Part shown: positions 56,906 through 64,000 of the stretch, one piece after another
Layout of the letters: each line of letters starts with the position of its first letter
How positions within the stretch are numbered: the stretch's first letter is position 1
Assembly (NCBI GenBank): GCA_963716175.1
Contig: OY970296.1
Span: forward strand, 576,001-640,000
Reading direction: 5' to 3'
DNA length: 64,000 bases
Origin: an uncultured Armatimonadetes bacterium
GTDB taxonomy: Bacteria; Armatimonadota; Hebobacteria; Hebobacterales; Hebobacteraceae
The notes under the pieces: generated by a model
The model's input: only the letters and a program-made list of their open reading frames with translations
Told to the model about the DNA's origin: nothing
Databases searched by the model: none
Made by a program: the position numbers and the translations under genes

Positions 56906-59110
56906 CTAACGGCCCGGCGCTTCCCCTCCCCGGTGGTCGTCAACCCCTGCTCCGCGCTCTGGCTCTGCGCGGCCCCGCGAGCCCCGGCCCCCCGTTCTGC
57001 CCCCACGACCTCCCCTTCTGCCGCCGCCTCCGCCACGGCCGCCGGCCTCACTGCCCCGCCGCCCACCCCGGCCGGCCTGGCTCACGCCACCTCCTCCTGG
57101 AGCGCGGGCCGCCCGCCCCGGCGGCCCGCGACGCGGCGCCAGGGTGTTCGTGGGAAGAGCAAGGGGGACCCGCTTCACCTGAACCGGGAGCGCCGGCCTC
57201 GCTACCTCCCAGACGGGTCGGCCTCGAGGCTGAGGACAGCTATAGGCCGCCGCCGTGTAGGTTGCCGGTTGCACGTCCTCTAGTCCGAAGCCTCCATCAG
57301 CCCCGCTGACCCCCCACGCGGCCCGGGCATCTGAGAATGGGGTGACATTGCCCTGCGAGTCGACACCCGCGGCCAAGGCCACTCTGACTGTCGGGGCGGC
57401 CTGCCCCTGCCGCAAGATGCGGCCCACGACTTCCACCCCGGCCGGAGGCGGCGCGGGAGTGAAGGTCTTCACATCCGAGGCCAGCGCCTCCTCACAGGCC
57501 CGCATCACGGCATCGGAGCGGACGACGATCTCTCCGCCAATCATCTTGCTCGCCCTCCGCCGCTGCAGGGAGGCGGCGCTGCGAGCCTCCTGGGCCGCCG
57601 CGTGCGCTTTCTCGAAGCGTACCCGAGCTGCGGCCCCATCACCACCTCGCGCCGCAGCGCGCGCCGCGGCCAACAGGGTCTCGCCTCGCAGCTCCCAGGT
57701 GGAGGCCTCCGCCGCCAAGTCGGCTGCCCGGAGAGCGTCCTTCCAGCGCCCGGTCTTCAGGTAGAGCGCGCTCAGTGCCAGCCCTGCCTCCCGCGCCTGG
57801 GGAGCAAACGAGTAATATTCCAGCAGCCTCTCGTAGGCCTTCTGGGCGGTGGTGAAATCCAGCAGCGATGAGGCCAGGTCTGCCGTCTCGCCGAGCGCGA
57901 GGGGAGTGAACGGACTTGTCCGGTAAGTGTCGGCGAAGTCCTGAAGAGCTTGTGCCGCGCCCGCCAGGTTATCCTCTATCAGGCGTGCTGCCGCCTGCTG
58001 GTCCCCCGTCCAGTAGGTGGTGATGGCCCACACCTTGGAGGCCGGCTCCCGGCTGACCGAGCGGGCCAGCTCGTAGGCGGCGTTGTCGGCCCAGATGCTG
58101 TGCGGGTAACGTTGCACCAGACGCGCCATGCCGGCCAGCTCTTCGGGAGTCGCCATCGCTGACCCCACCCAGGAGAAAGAGGAGACACCCTGGCCGGGAG
58201 GTTTCACATAGAGAGCGAAAGCGGGGCCGAACAGGCGAGCCACCGGCAGAGGGCCATAGGCGCGGAACTGACGCTTGTACCAGAGATAGGTCTGGTTGCC
58301 GAGCTCCCGCTCATGACGCAGGCCGTAGAGGATCTTGTAGCCGGCGCCGCCGCTGACATAGGCGAAGAGGATGACCAGGACGACCGCGCCCACGCGCACC
58401 GCGGTCCGCCAGCGCCTGGGCCCGGCGGGGCGGGTGAGCAAACTCCGGTTCCACAGGTAGCAGAGGCCCGCGAGGCCGAGCAGCAGCAGCTTTCCCGCCA
58501 CCCATTGGTCGGACATGGGACGCTCGGCGAGGTAGTCTGCAAAGCCATGGAGGGTGAACAGCGGGTTGAAGTAGCTCCCCACACCCAGATCCAGGGCCCA
58601 GTAGGCAGCGGCCGCGGCGAGGCCGAGCAGAGGAGCCTGGGCGGCCGTAGCCACGGACATCGCCAACACGGACAGGAAAAGCAGAGAGGGAAGACCCGCC
58701 AGCACAGTGAGACCCAGCGGGAAGGCTTTGATGCCGAAGTGGTAGACCACCATCGCCGGCGCCAGCACCGCGAGCACGAAGGCGAACATCACACTCAGCC
58801 GCACCAGCAGCACTTTCTCCAACGAGACCGGCCGGGCGAAGACTAGCTCTCGCACGCCGGCCTGCTCCGGCGCCAGCGCGTGGGCGCACAGATAGGCCCC
58901 CAGGATTGGGGCCAGCAGCTCTATGGTCTGGGCCGCCCGCACCGGCGAGAAGAGGGTGGCGGTGGCCATATTCCAGAAGAGCACCAGCTGGGCCGCAGCC
59001 ACCGGAGCGACGATCAGCCAATAGCTGTTCCCCAGCAGGATGCGCAGATTGTAGGACCACAGGCCGCGGCCCTCGCCGCCCCGCTCGGGCTGGGCTGTGC
59101 TCTCACTCAT
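56906..59110 (-). CDS. ABC-2-type permease fused to a TPR-like region, a beta-sandwich and an RGG-rich tail
   Basis: About 6-7 TMs with ELVFARP; TPR-like YPHSIWADNAAY and AQKAYERLL..Y; VVGRILRQG...GADGGFGLEDVQPATY; Gly/Arg tail. Confidence 0.7.
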   Translation of the reverse strand: MSESTAQPERGGEGRGLWSYNLRILLGNSYWLIVAPVAAAQLVLFWNMATATLFSPVRAAQTIELLAPILGAYLCAHALAPEQAGVRELVFARPVSLEKVLLVRLSVMFAFVLAVLAPAMVVYHFGIKAFPLGLTVLAGLPSLLFLSVLAMSVATAAQAPLLGLAAAAAYWALDLGVGSYFNPLFTLHGFADYLAERPMSDQWVAGKLLLLGLAGLCYLWNRSLLTRPAGPRRWRTAVRVGAVVLVILFAYVSGGAGYKILYGLRHERELGNQTYLWYKRQFRAYGPLPVARLFGPAFALYVKPPGQGVSSFSWVGSAMATPEELAGMARLVQRYPHSIWADNAAYELARSVSREPASKVWAITTYWTGDQQAAARLIEDNLAGAAQALQDFADTYRTSPFTPLALGETADLASSLLDFTTAQKAYERLLEYYSFAPQAREAGLALSALYLKTGRWKDALRAADLAAEASTWELRGETLLAAARAAARGGDGAAARVRFEKAHAAAQEARSAASLQRRRASKMIGGEIVVRSDAVMRACEEALASDVKTFTPAPPPAGVEVVGRILRQGQAAPTVRVALAAGVDSQGNVTPFSDARAAWGVSGADGGFGLEDVQPATYTAAAYSCPQPRGRPVWEVARPALPVQVKRVPLALPTNTLAPRRGPPGRAARAPGGGGVSQAGRGGRRGSEAGGRGGGGGRRGGRGGRTGGRGSRGRAEPERGAGVDDHRGGEAPGR

Positions 59111-60369
59111 GACGGCTTCACCAGGGGCTCCAGGTCGGCATCCAGGTGGTTCAGCGCGTGGGATTCGATGCGAGTCACCAGCCTGCGCTGCCTGTCCAGG
59201 ACGAAGATCGTGGGCACATCCCTCACCTCATAGGCCAGGCCGAGGGGAGAGTCCGACCATCGTTCCCCATCGCCGTAGTGCTGTCCCCGATCCCAGAGCA
59301 TCACCACCTCAGGCCCGGTCTCTCGCGCGAACGGACCCACCGTGGCCGAGTCGCTGTCCACGCAGATGGCAACGCAGGCGAGATCGGCGGAGCGGAACTT
59401 GCCCGCCGCTGCCTTCAGCAGCGCTAACACCTGGGCCGACTCTGGATCGCCTGGCCCCCAGAAGGCGAGGGCGATAGGCCGCCCGTCCAGATCGCTCATA
59501 CCGACCAACCGGCCCTCACCATCCGGCAACCAGAAGCCGGGAGCGCGCTTCTCTGGCAGTACTCTCTGGGTCGCCATCGCGGACAGTACCGGATCCCGCG
59601 AGCTGAGCGCATCCTCACCGTCCAGTGCAATGCTCACCACCACCACCGCGGCGCAGGCAAAGAGCAGGGCAGAGAGCCAACCCAGGAGGGCCCGGCCCGG
59701 CCCCCTTCCCCGCAACCATCTTCCGTGCAGCGCAGCAGTGAGAGCGATCAGGCCCCCGCTGAGCAGGGCCGGGGCAGGCCAGTGCTGGGTCAATGTCATG
59801 TCGGCAGCGCGGGGGAGGTGGGCGCTGACCAGCGGCACCGCCACCCAGTAGACCGCGGCCACGCCCCCGGCCAGGGCGTTGGCGAAGAGCGTGGTAAGGG
59901 AGAATCCCAGGGCGGTGGCCAGCGCCATCGGCGCGAGGGTGCGGACCAGAGCATTGGCATAGGCACCGACATGCCAGGGGGTTCCTCCCATCACCTGCCG
60001 GAGAGATGCGACCGCGAGCATGATCACGACAATGCTCATGAGCGAGAGCCAGATTCCCAGGAACCGAGCCACAACGAAGGAAGAGGAGGTGCCAAGCTCC
60101 TTGGAGAGCACCAGCTCCGAGGCTCCCTCGCGCTGGTCGCGGGCGGCGGCCGCGCTGCCCACCAGGATGGCCAACACGCCCAGCCCCAGCACACTGATCC
60201 GCCAAGTCTGATAGGCCGCCATCGCCGCGGTGGAGGCCGGTCCGGAGGCGCGCCAGAAGGCAAGCGCCGCACCGCCCGCGGCGACCGTCCAGAAGGCCGC
60301 CCCGCGGCAGGAGAGCTGGTACTCCCGCCGCACCAGAGCCGCAGCCGCCCGCGCGTCAGCCCAGGTCAT
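59107..60369 (-). CDS. ABC-2-type permease fused to a TlpA/AhpC-like thioredoxin domain lacking CxxC
   Basis: ARDQREGASELVLS..ARFLG permease pattern; C-terminal APGFWLPD, LAFWGPGDPES and VPTIFVLD. Confidence 0.75.
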   Translation of the reverse strand: MTWADARAAAALVRREYQLSCRGAAFWTVAAGGAALAFWRASGPASTAAMAAYQTWRISVLGLGVLAILVGSAAAARDQREGASELVLSKELGTSSSFVVARFLGIWLSLMSIVVIMLAVASLRQVMGGTPWHVGAYANALVRTLAPMALATALGFSLTTLFANALAGGVAAVYWVAVPLVSAHLPRAADMTLTQHWPAPALLSGGLIALTAALHGRWLRGRGPGRALLGWLSALLFACAAVVVVSIALDGEDALSSRDPVLSAMATQRVLPEKRAPGFWLPDGEGRLVGMSDLDGRPIALAFWGPGDPESAQVLALLKAAAGKFRSADLACVAICVDSDSATVGPFARETGPEVVMLWDRGQHYGDGERWSDSPLGLAYEVRDVPTIFVLDRQRRLVTRIESHALNHLDADLEPLVKPS

Positions 60370-61252
60370 CGGGTCCCCGTCCCGCTTTCTGCTTCATGGT
60401 ATGCACATAGGCATCATCCATAGTGGGCTCAGCCGGGTAGCCGCGGGAGTGACTCATCCCCTCCCCTACCACCCGCACCTGCATCCCTGTGGCCGAACGG
60501 AAGACACCGGTCACGAAGAACTCGCCTCGCACCCGGCTCAGCTCCTCCTCCTCGATGTCAATTATCCAGGTTCTCCCTCGCAGTGGGTCCAGCAGCTCGC
60601 TCGGTCTCCCAGCGAATAAGCAACGGCCCTGATGGAGGATGGCGAGGTGTTCGGCGCTGGCCGCCAGGTCGGCGACGATGTGGGTGGAGAGGATGATGAC
60701 GCGATCGCCGGACAGCTCGGCCCACAGGTTGCGCAGTCTGATCCGCTCCTCCGGGTCGAGGCCCGAGGTGGGCTCATCAACGATCAGCACCTTGGGATGG
60801 TTGAGCAGGGCCTGCGCCAGCCCGAGTCGCTGCTTCATCCCGCCGGAGAAGGTACCGACGCGCCGACCTGCCAATGGGCCCAGGTTGACCTGCTGCAGCG
60901 CCTCCTCGATCCGCGTCTCCCGCTCTCTCCGATCGCTGACACGGCAGAGCAGCGCGAAGTAGTCCAGCGTCTCATAGGCCGTGAGATTGGGGTAGAAGCC
61001 AAACTCCTGGGGCATGTACCCCAGCATCTGGCGCACCGCCGCTTTGTCCCGGTGCACGTCGCAATCCCCGATGCGGGCCTGGCCGGCCGTGGGCTCGAGC
61101 AGCGTCGCCAGGATCCGCATCAACGTGGTCTTGCCGGAGCCATTGGGCCCGAGCAGGCCATAGAGCCCAGAGGGCATGGTCAGATCGAGGCCCTCGAGTC
61201 CGACTACCCCACCCGGGTAGACCTTCCGCAAACCGCGAATCTCTATCTGCAC
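60356..61252 (-). CDS. ABC transporter ATP-binding protein (exporter type)
   Basis: GPNGSGKTT, FSGGMKQ, LIVDEPT and STH. Confidence 0.95.
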   Translation of the reverse strand: MQIEIRGLRKVYPGGVVGLEGLDLTMPSGLYGLLGPNGSGKTTLMRILATLLEPTAGQARIGDCDVHRDKAAVRQMLGYMPQEFGFYPNLTAYETLDYFALLCRVSDRRERETRIEEALQQVNLGPLAGRRVGTFSGGMKQRLGLAQALLNHPKVLIVDEPTSGLDPEERIRLRNLWAELSGDRVIILSTHIVADLAASAEHLAILHQGRCLFAGRPSELLDPLRGRTWIIDIEEEELSRVRGEFFVTGVFRSATGMQVRVVGEGMSHSRGYPAEPTMDDAYVHTMKQKAGRGPDDLG

Positions 61253-62410
61253 TCAGCGGCCCTCCTGGTAACGCCTATCTATCCTCACTCGGCGGAGGCA
61301 GTTGTTGCCGTAGTCGGCGACAAAGACATCACCGCCAGGACCCAGGGCCAGGCCCGCGGGTGATGAGAAGCGAGCCAGATTCCCGTAGCCATCGGCATAT
61401 CCGGTGGAGGCCGCTTCTCGTTCTCCCGCCACCAGTGACAGACGATCGCCGACGATCCTGAGCAGGCAGTGATCTCCGGCGTCCGCCACATAGATCGCCT
61501 GGTCTCGCGCCGCCAGCCCGGCCGGCGCCTTCGGGCCCTTCTCTCCTGGTTCGGGTTGCCAGCGCCGCAGTGGTCCCTCGCGCGGGCCCACCCAGAGGCC
61601 CCCTCCTGCGGTGTCCGCCACCCATAGTTTCCCTCCGGCGGCAAGCACCAACTCCGTAGGCGCCTGCAGCGCCTGGCCCCCCACCGTCGCCAGTGTGGTG
61701 ACCTCGCCAGCCGGAGAAATGCGCCGCACCCGGCCGTTCCCGGCGTCGGCCGCGTAGACGGTCCCCGTCTCATCCACCGCCAGCCCCGCGGGATAGCGAA
61801 ACTGGGCTTCGGCCGCGCGGCCATCTCGGTAGCCTCCAACAGGCCGGCCCAGATCATCGCGCTCAGTGTCGGCGCCAGCGAAGGTGGAGACCCGGCCCGA
61901 CGGAGTGACACGGCGGAGGCGATGGTTGCCCGTGTCGGACACCAGCAGGCTGCCGTCCGGCGCCAGCGCCACCCCCGCGGGGGACGAGAAGCGGGCCTCG
62001 GTTCCCACTCCATCGGCGAATCCGCCCACCGCGTCTTCTGCCGGGGCCCCGGCGAGGGTGCTGACCACACCCGTCGGGGTCAGCTTCCGGATGCAGTGGT
62101 TGCGGCTGTCGGCGAGGTAGACGGTTCCGTCCGCGCTCACCGCCAATCCGGCCGGACCGCGGAACAGCGCCTCCGACCCGGGCCCGTCCCGGTATCCAGG
62201 TTGCGGGCCGCCCGCGAGAGTGGTCACGGTCACACCCGGCTTGCCCACCGGCGCGGCGGTCTCGGCCCCGTGTCCGCCGCCTCCGCCGCGCATGGGCAAC
62301 CGCTGTCCACCGGGCCCGCCCATCAGACCCCGCCAGTACACTACCTGGACCACCACCAGGGTCAGCAGGATAGCCGCCACCACAATCCACGGGGAGATCT
62401 CTTTCTTCAT
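61253..62410 (-). CDS. Membrane-anchored NHL-repeat beta-propeller protein
   Basis: N-terminal TM; repeated GYRDG...A.F..PAGLA...VY.AD..N..IR units. Confidence 0.9.
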   Translation of the reverse strand: MKKEISPWIVVAAILLTLVVVQVVYWRGLMGGPGGQRLPMRGGGGGHGAETAAPVGKPGVTVTTLAGGPQPGYRDGPGSEALFRGPAGLAVSADGTVYLADSRNHCIRKLTPTGVVSTLAGAPAEDAVGGFADGVGTEARFSSPAGVALAPDGSLLVSDTGNHRLRRVTPSGRVSTFAGADTERDDLGRPVGGYRDGRAAEAQFRYPAGLAVDETGTVYAADAGNGRVRRISPAGEVTTLATVGGQALQAPTELVLAAGGKLWVADTAGGGLWVGPREGPLRRWQPEPGEKGPKAPAGLAARDQAIYVADAGDHCLLRIVGDRLSLVAGEREAASTGYADGYGNLARFSSPAGLALGPGGDVFVADYGNNCLRRVRIDRRYQEGR

Positions 62411-62429
62411 CCGATGCCCGCCTCGCGCC

Positions 62430-63533
62430 TCAATCGCCCAAGAGCTGCCGCGCCCGCGCCCAGGCGGTGAGTGGGCGCTTGGCCACGGTCGTAGTCTTGC
62501 CGATTCGCAGCACTAGGTATTGATCCTCGCCTATCACGCGGGTGCCCATCGTCCCGGGCGGGCGGCTGTAAATGACCCGCTGCTCTCCCCTCCTTTTTCC
62601 CAGATGCCAGAGCACCTCCTTATCCTGCGCGTACAGCCGTCTGCCGGACCCCAACAGCTCCGCCTCCGGGCCCAGCCAATCGCCAATAACTTGCGTGGGC
62701 CCGCCGCCCAGGGGCTGGCGCTTCACTGCCAGGTACTGCCGCGGATCGGCCGCCTCCTGGGAGAAGGAGGTCCATGCCACCGCGTCCTGCAGCAGCACCG
62801 CCTGCTGGGCGCCGGTTTCAACGGCCAGCGTCTGAGGCCGGCTGCCTGGCGCGCAGTACCTCAGGCTCGCGCTCTGCTCCGGTCCCCCACCCTCTCGCTG
62901 AAGCCAGTAGACCTGCCGGCCCGCAATCCCCAGCAGATCGGCGAGCGGCCGGCGCGCGCCTTGCTGGGTCGTCGGGGCATCAAGCGGCATGGCCGCGACG
63001 AAGGAGATGGGCCCTCCTGTCTCGGAGATGGATCGGATCGCGGTCACCGGCGCGGCGGCCGCAATGAAAGGCACGCCGGGCAGCGCCGCCGGCCTCTCCT
63101 CCAGCCAGGCCACGAGCCCATCGCCCACGACCACCTGGGCGGCTTCGCCCTTGAGTGTCGCCAGGGCCTGGGGCTGGCCGTCGTTCAGGCTGACGGCCAG
63201 TAGCTGGCCTTCGCTCCCCTGCTCTCGCTTGGTGACGAAAGCTTTTCCGCCGGCCAGGGCCAAGCCCATCAGGCCCGATCCGGACCAGAGGACGCGTGGT
63301 CGCCGCCCGCGCCCAGCCAACCTGACGCGATCGCCGCCCGGGTCGGCCTCCAGCCAGGCTACCGCGCCTGACTGGCCCACAGGCAAGCCGGCGACTTCGC
63401 CCTGGACGTCGGCTACGGCGCGCGGCCTGCCAGAGCGGACATAGGCCAGCCAGGCCAGGGCCATGAGCAGGAGGAGCGCCAGAGCAGCCACCAGGTTGCG
63501 CCGCATAGGCCATCCAAAACCGGGCGCGCTCAA
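62430..63533 (-). CDS. Membrane-anchored hypothetical protein, probable beta-propeller
   Basis: N-terminal TM; recurring VAWLE/VYWLQ/VAWT strands. Confidence 0.6.
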   Translation of the reverse strand: MSAPGFGWPMRRNLVAALALLLLMALAWLAYVRSGRPRAVADVQGEVAGLPVGQSGAVAWLEADPGGDRVRLAGRGRRPRVLWSGSGLMGLALAGGKAFVTKREQGSEGQLLAVSLNDGQPQALATLKGEAAQVVVGDGLVAWLEERPAALPGVPFIAAAAPVTAIRSISETGGPISFVAAMPLDAPTTQQGARRPLADLLGIAGRQVYWLQREGGGPEQSASLRYCAPGSRPQTLAVETGAQQAVLLQDAVAWTSFSQEAADPRQYLAVKRQPLGGGPTQVIGDWLGPEAELLGSGRRLYAQDKEVLWHLGKRRGEQRVIYSRPPGTMGTRVIGEDQYLVLRIGKTTTVAKRPLTAWARARQLLGD

Positions 63534-63659
63534 CTCGCCCGGCGAGTCCTTCCAGGTCCCGGTGAAACAGGGACCAGCACTTGCTCTACTGCTCTTCCAT
63601 TTGACAGCCGGCCCCGCAATCCTCTTGCTCCCAGCGCGGTCCCGGAAGCCGTGCCCGCG

Positions 63660-63998
63660 TCAGTAGCCGACCTGGTTGTACTCTCTCAGCGCGCGTTCGT
63701 TATACTCCCTGCCGTCGGGGCGATTCTGGCTCATATAGACGTGGGCGGGCTTGCCCAGGGTCTGGAGTTTCTCGATCACCTCTCCGCAGATCATCCAGCC
63801 AATGGTGGTGTGGGCGATGCCGGAAATGGGAAGGGCCTTGTGCGGCGGGTCCAGCAACTCAATGCAGGCGTCTCCATAGGGTGTGCAGCTGTCGATCACT
63901 ATGTCGGCCACTTCGTAGAGCCGTTTCCCGGAGGGGTGGGCTGACTGCACCTGGGCCGTGTAAGCCAAGGAGGTGAGGCCGATGACGGTGACGCCGAT
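63660..63998 (-). CDS. SIS-domain (sugar isomerase) protein, 5'-partial
   Basis: VIGLTS...SAHPSGKRLYEVADIVID..PYGDA...VYMSQN; the frame is open to the window end. Confidence 0.8.
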   Translation of the reverse strand: MGVTVIGLTSLAYTAQVQSAHPSGKRLYEVADIVIDSCTPYGDACIELLDPPHKALPISGIAHTTIGWMICGEVIEKLQTLGKPAHVYMSQNRPDGREYNERALREYNQVGY

Positions 63999-64000
63999 GC

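Noticed and set aside
59107-59560. Cytochrome c maturation (CcmABC/CcmG-like) system
   Set aside because: The Trx domain lacks CxxC, and there is no WWD haem-handling motif or ccmE/ccmF gene.
61253-62250. DNA tandem repeat array
   Set aside because: The periodicity comes from protein-level NHL repeats with diverged codons.

Overview
This is a high-GC bacterial chromosomal segment, densely coding, with about 59 genes. I recognised no rRNA, tRNA, CRISPR array or transposase. The gene mix suggests an uncultured lineage such as Armatimonadota, but that is inference only. Blocks in order: (1) 1-13.4 kb, envelope genes (thioester alpha-2-macroglobulin, VanW, GH39-like hydrolase, amidase, DUF4139-like protein, L,D-transpeptidase); (2) 13.6-15.9 kb, ftsK with two frameshifts; (3) 16.3-26.3 kb, type IV pilus/T2SS-like operon (PilB, PilC, six pilins, fused PilM-PilN, PilO, PilP-like; no secretin, PilT or PilD); (4) 26.4-35.8 kb, carbohydrate locus with two GH4 glycosidases, two URO-D-fold proteins and two amidohydrolases; (5) 36-41 kb, a membrane MshEN-like protein and a pterin operon (flavoreductase, PCD, FolM-like SDR, FolB/X, FolK, FolE) that ends in a stand-alone LigD phosphoesterase and lacks folP and any hydroxylase; (6) 41-56 kb, sugar catabolism around a fused E1 alpha/beta ThDP enzyme, interrupted by a REP-flanked nuclease plus toxin-antitoxin islet; (7) 56.9-63.5 kb, an ABC exporter whose permeases are fused to a CxxC-less thioredoxin domain and to a TPR region with an RGG-rich tail. 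Three families of short dispersed repeats occur, and one sits in frame inside a prepilin leader. The best candidates for undescribed systems are the pterin-LigD(PE) operon, the fused-domain ABC system, the E1/thiolase sugar pathway and the GH4/URO-D operon. All calls come from reading motifs by eye; no searches were run.
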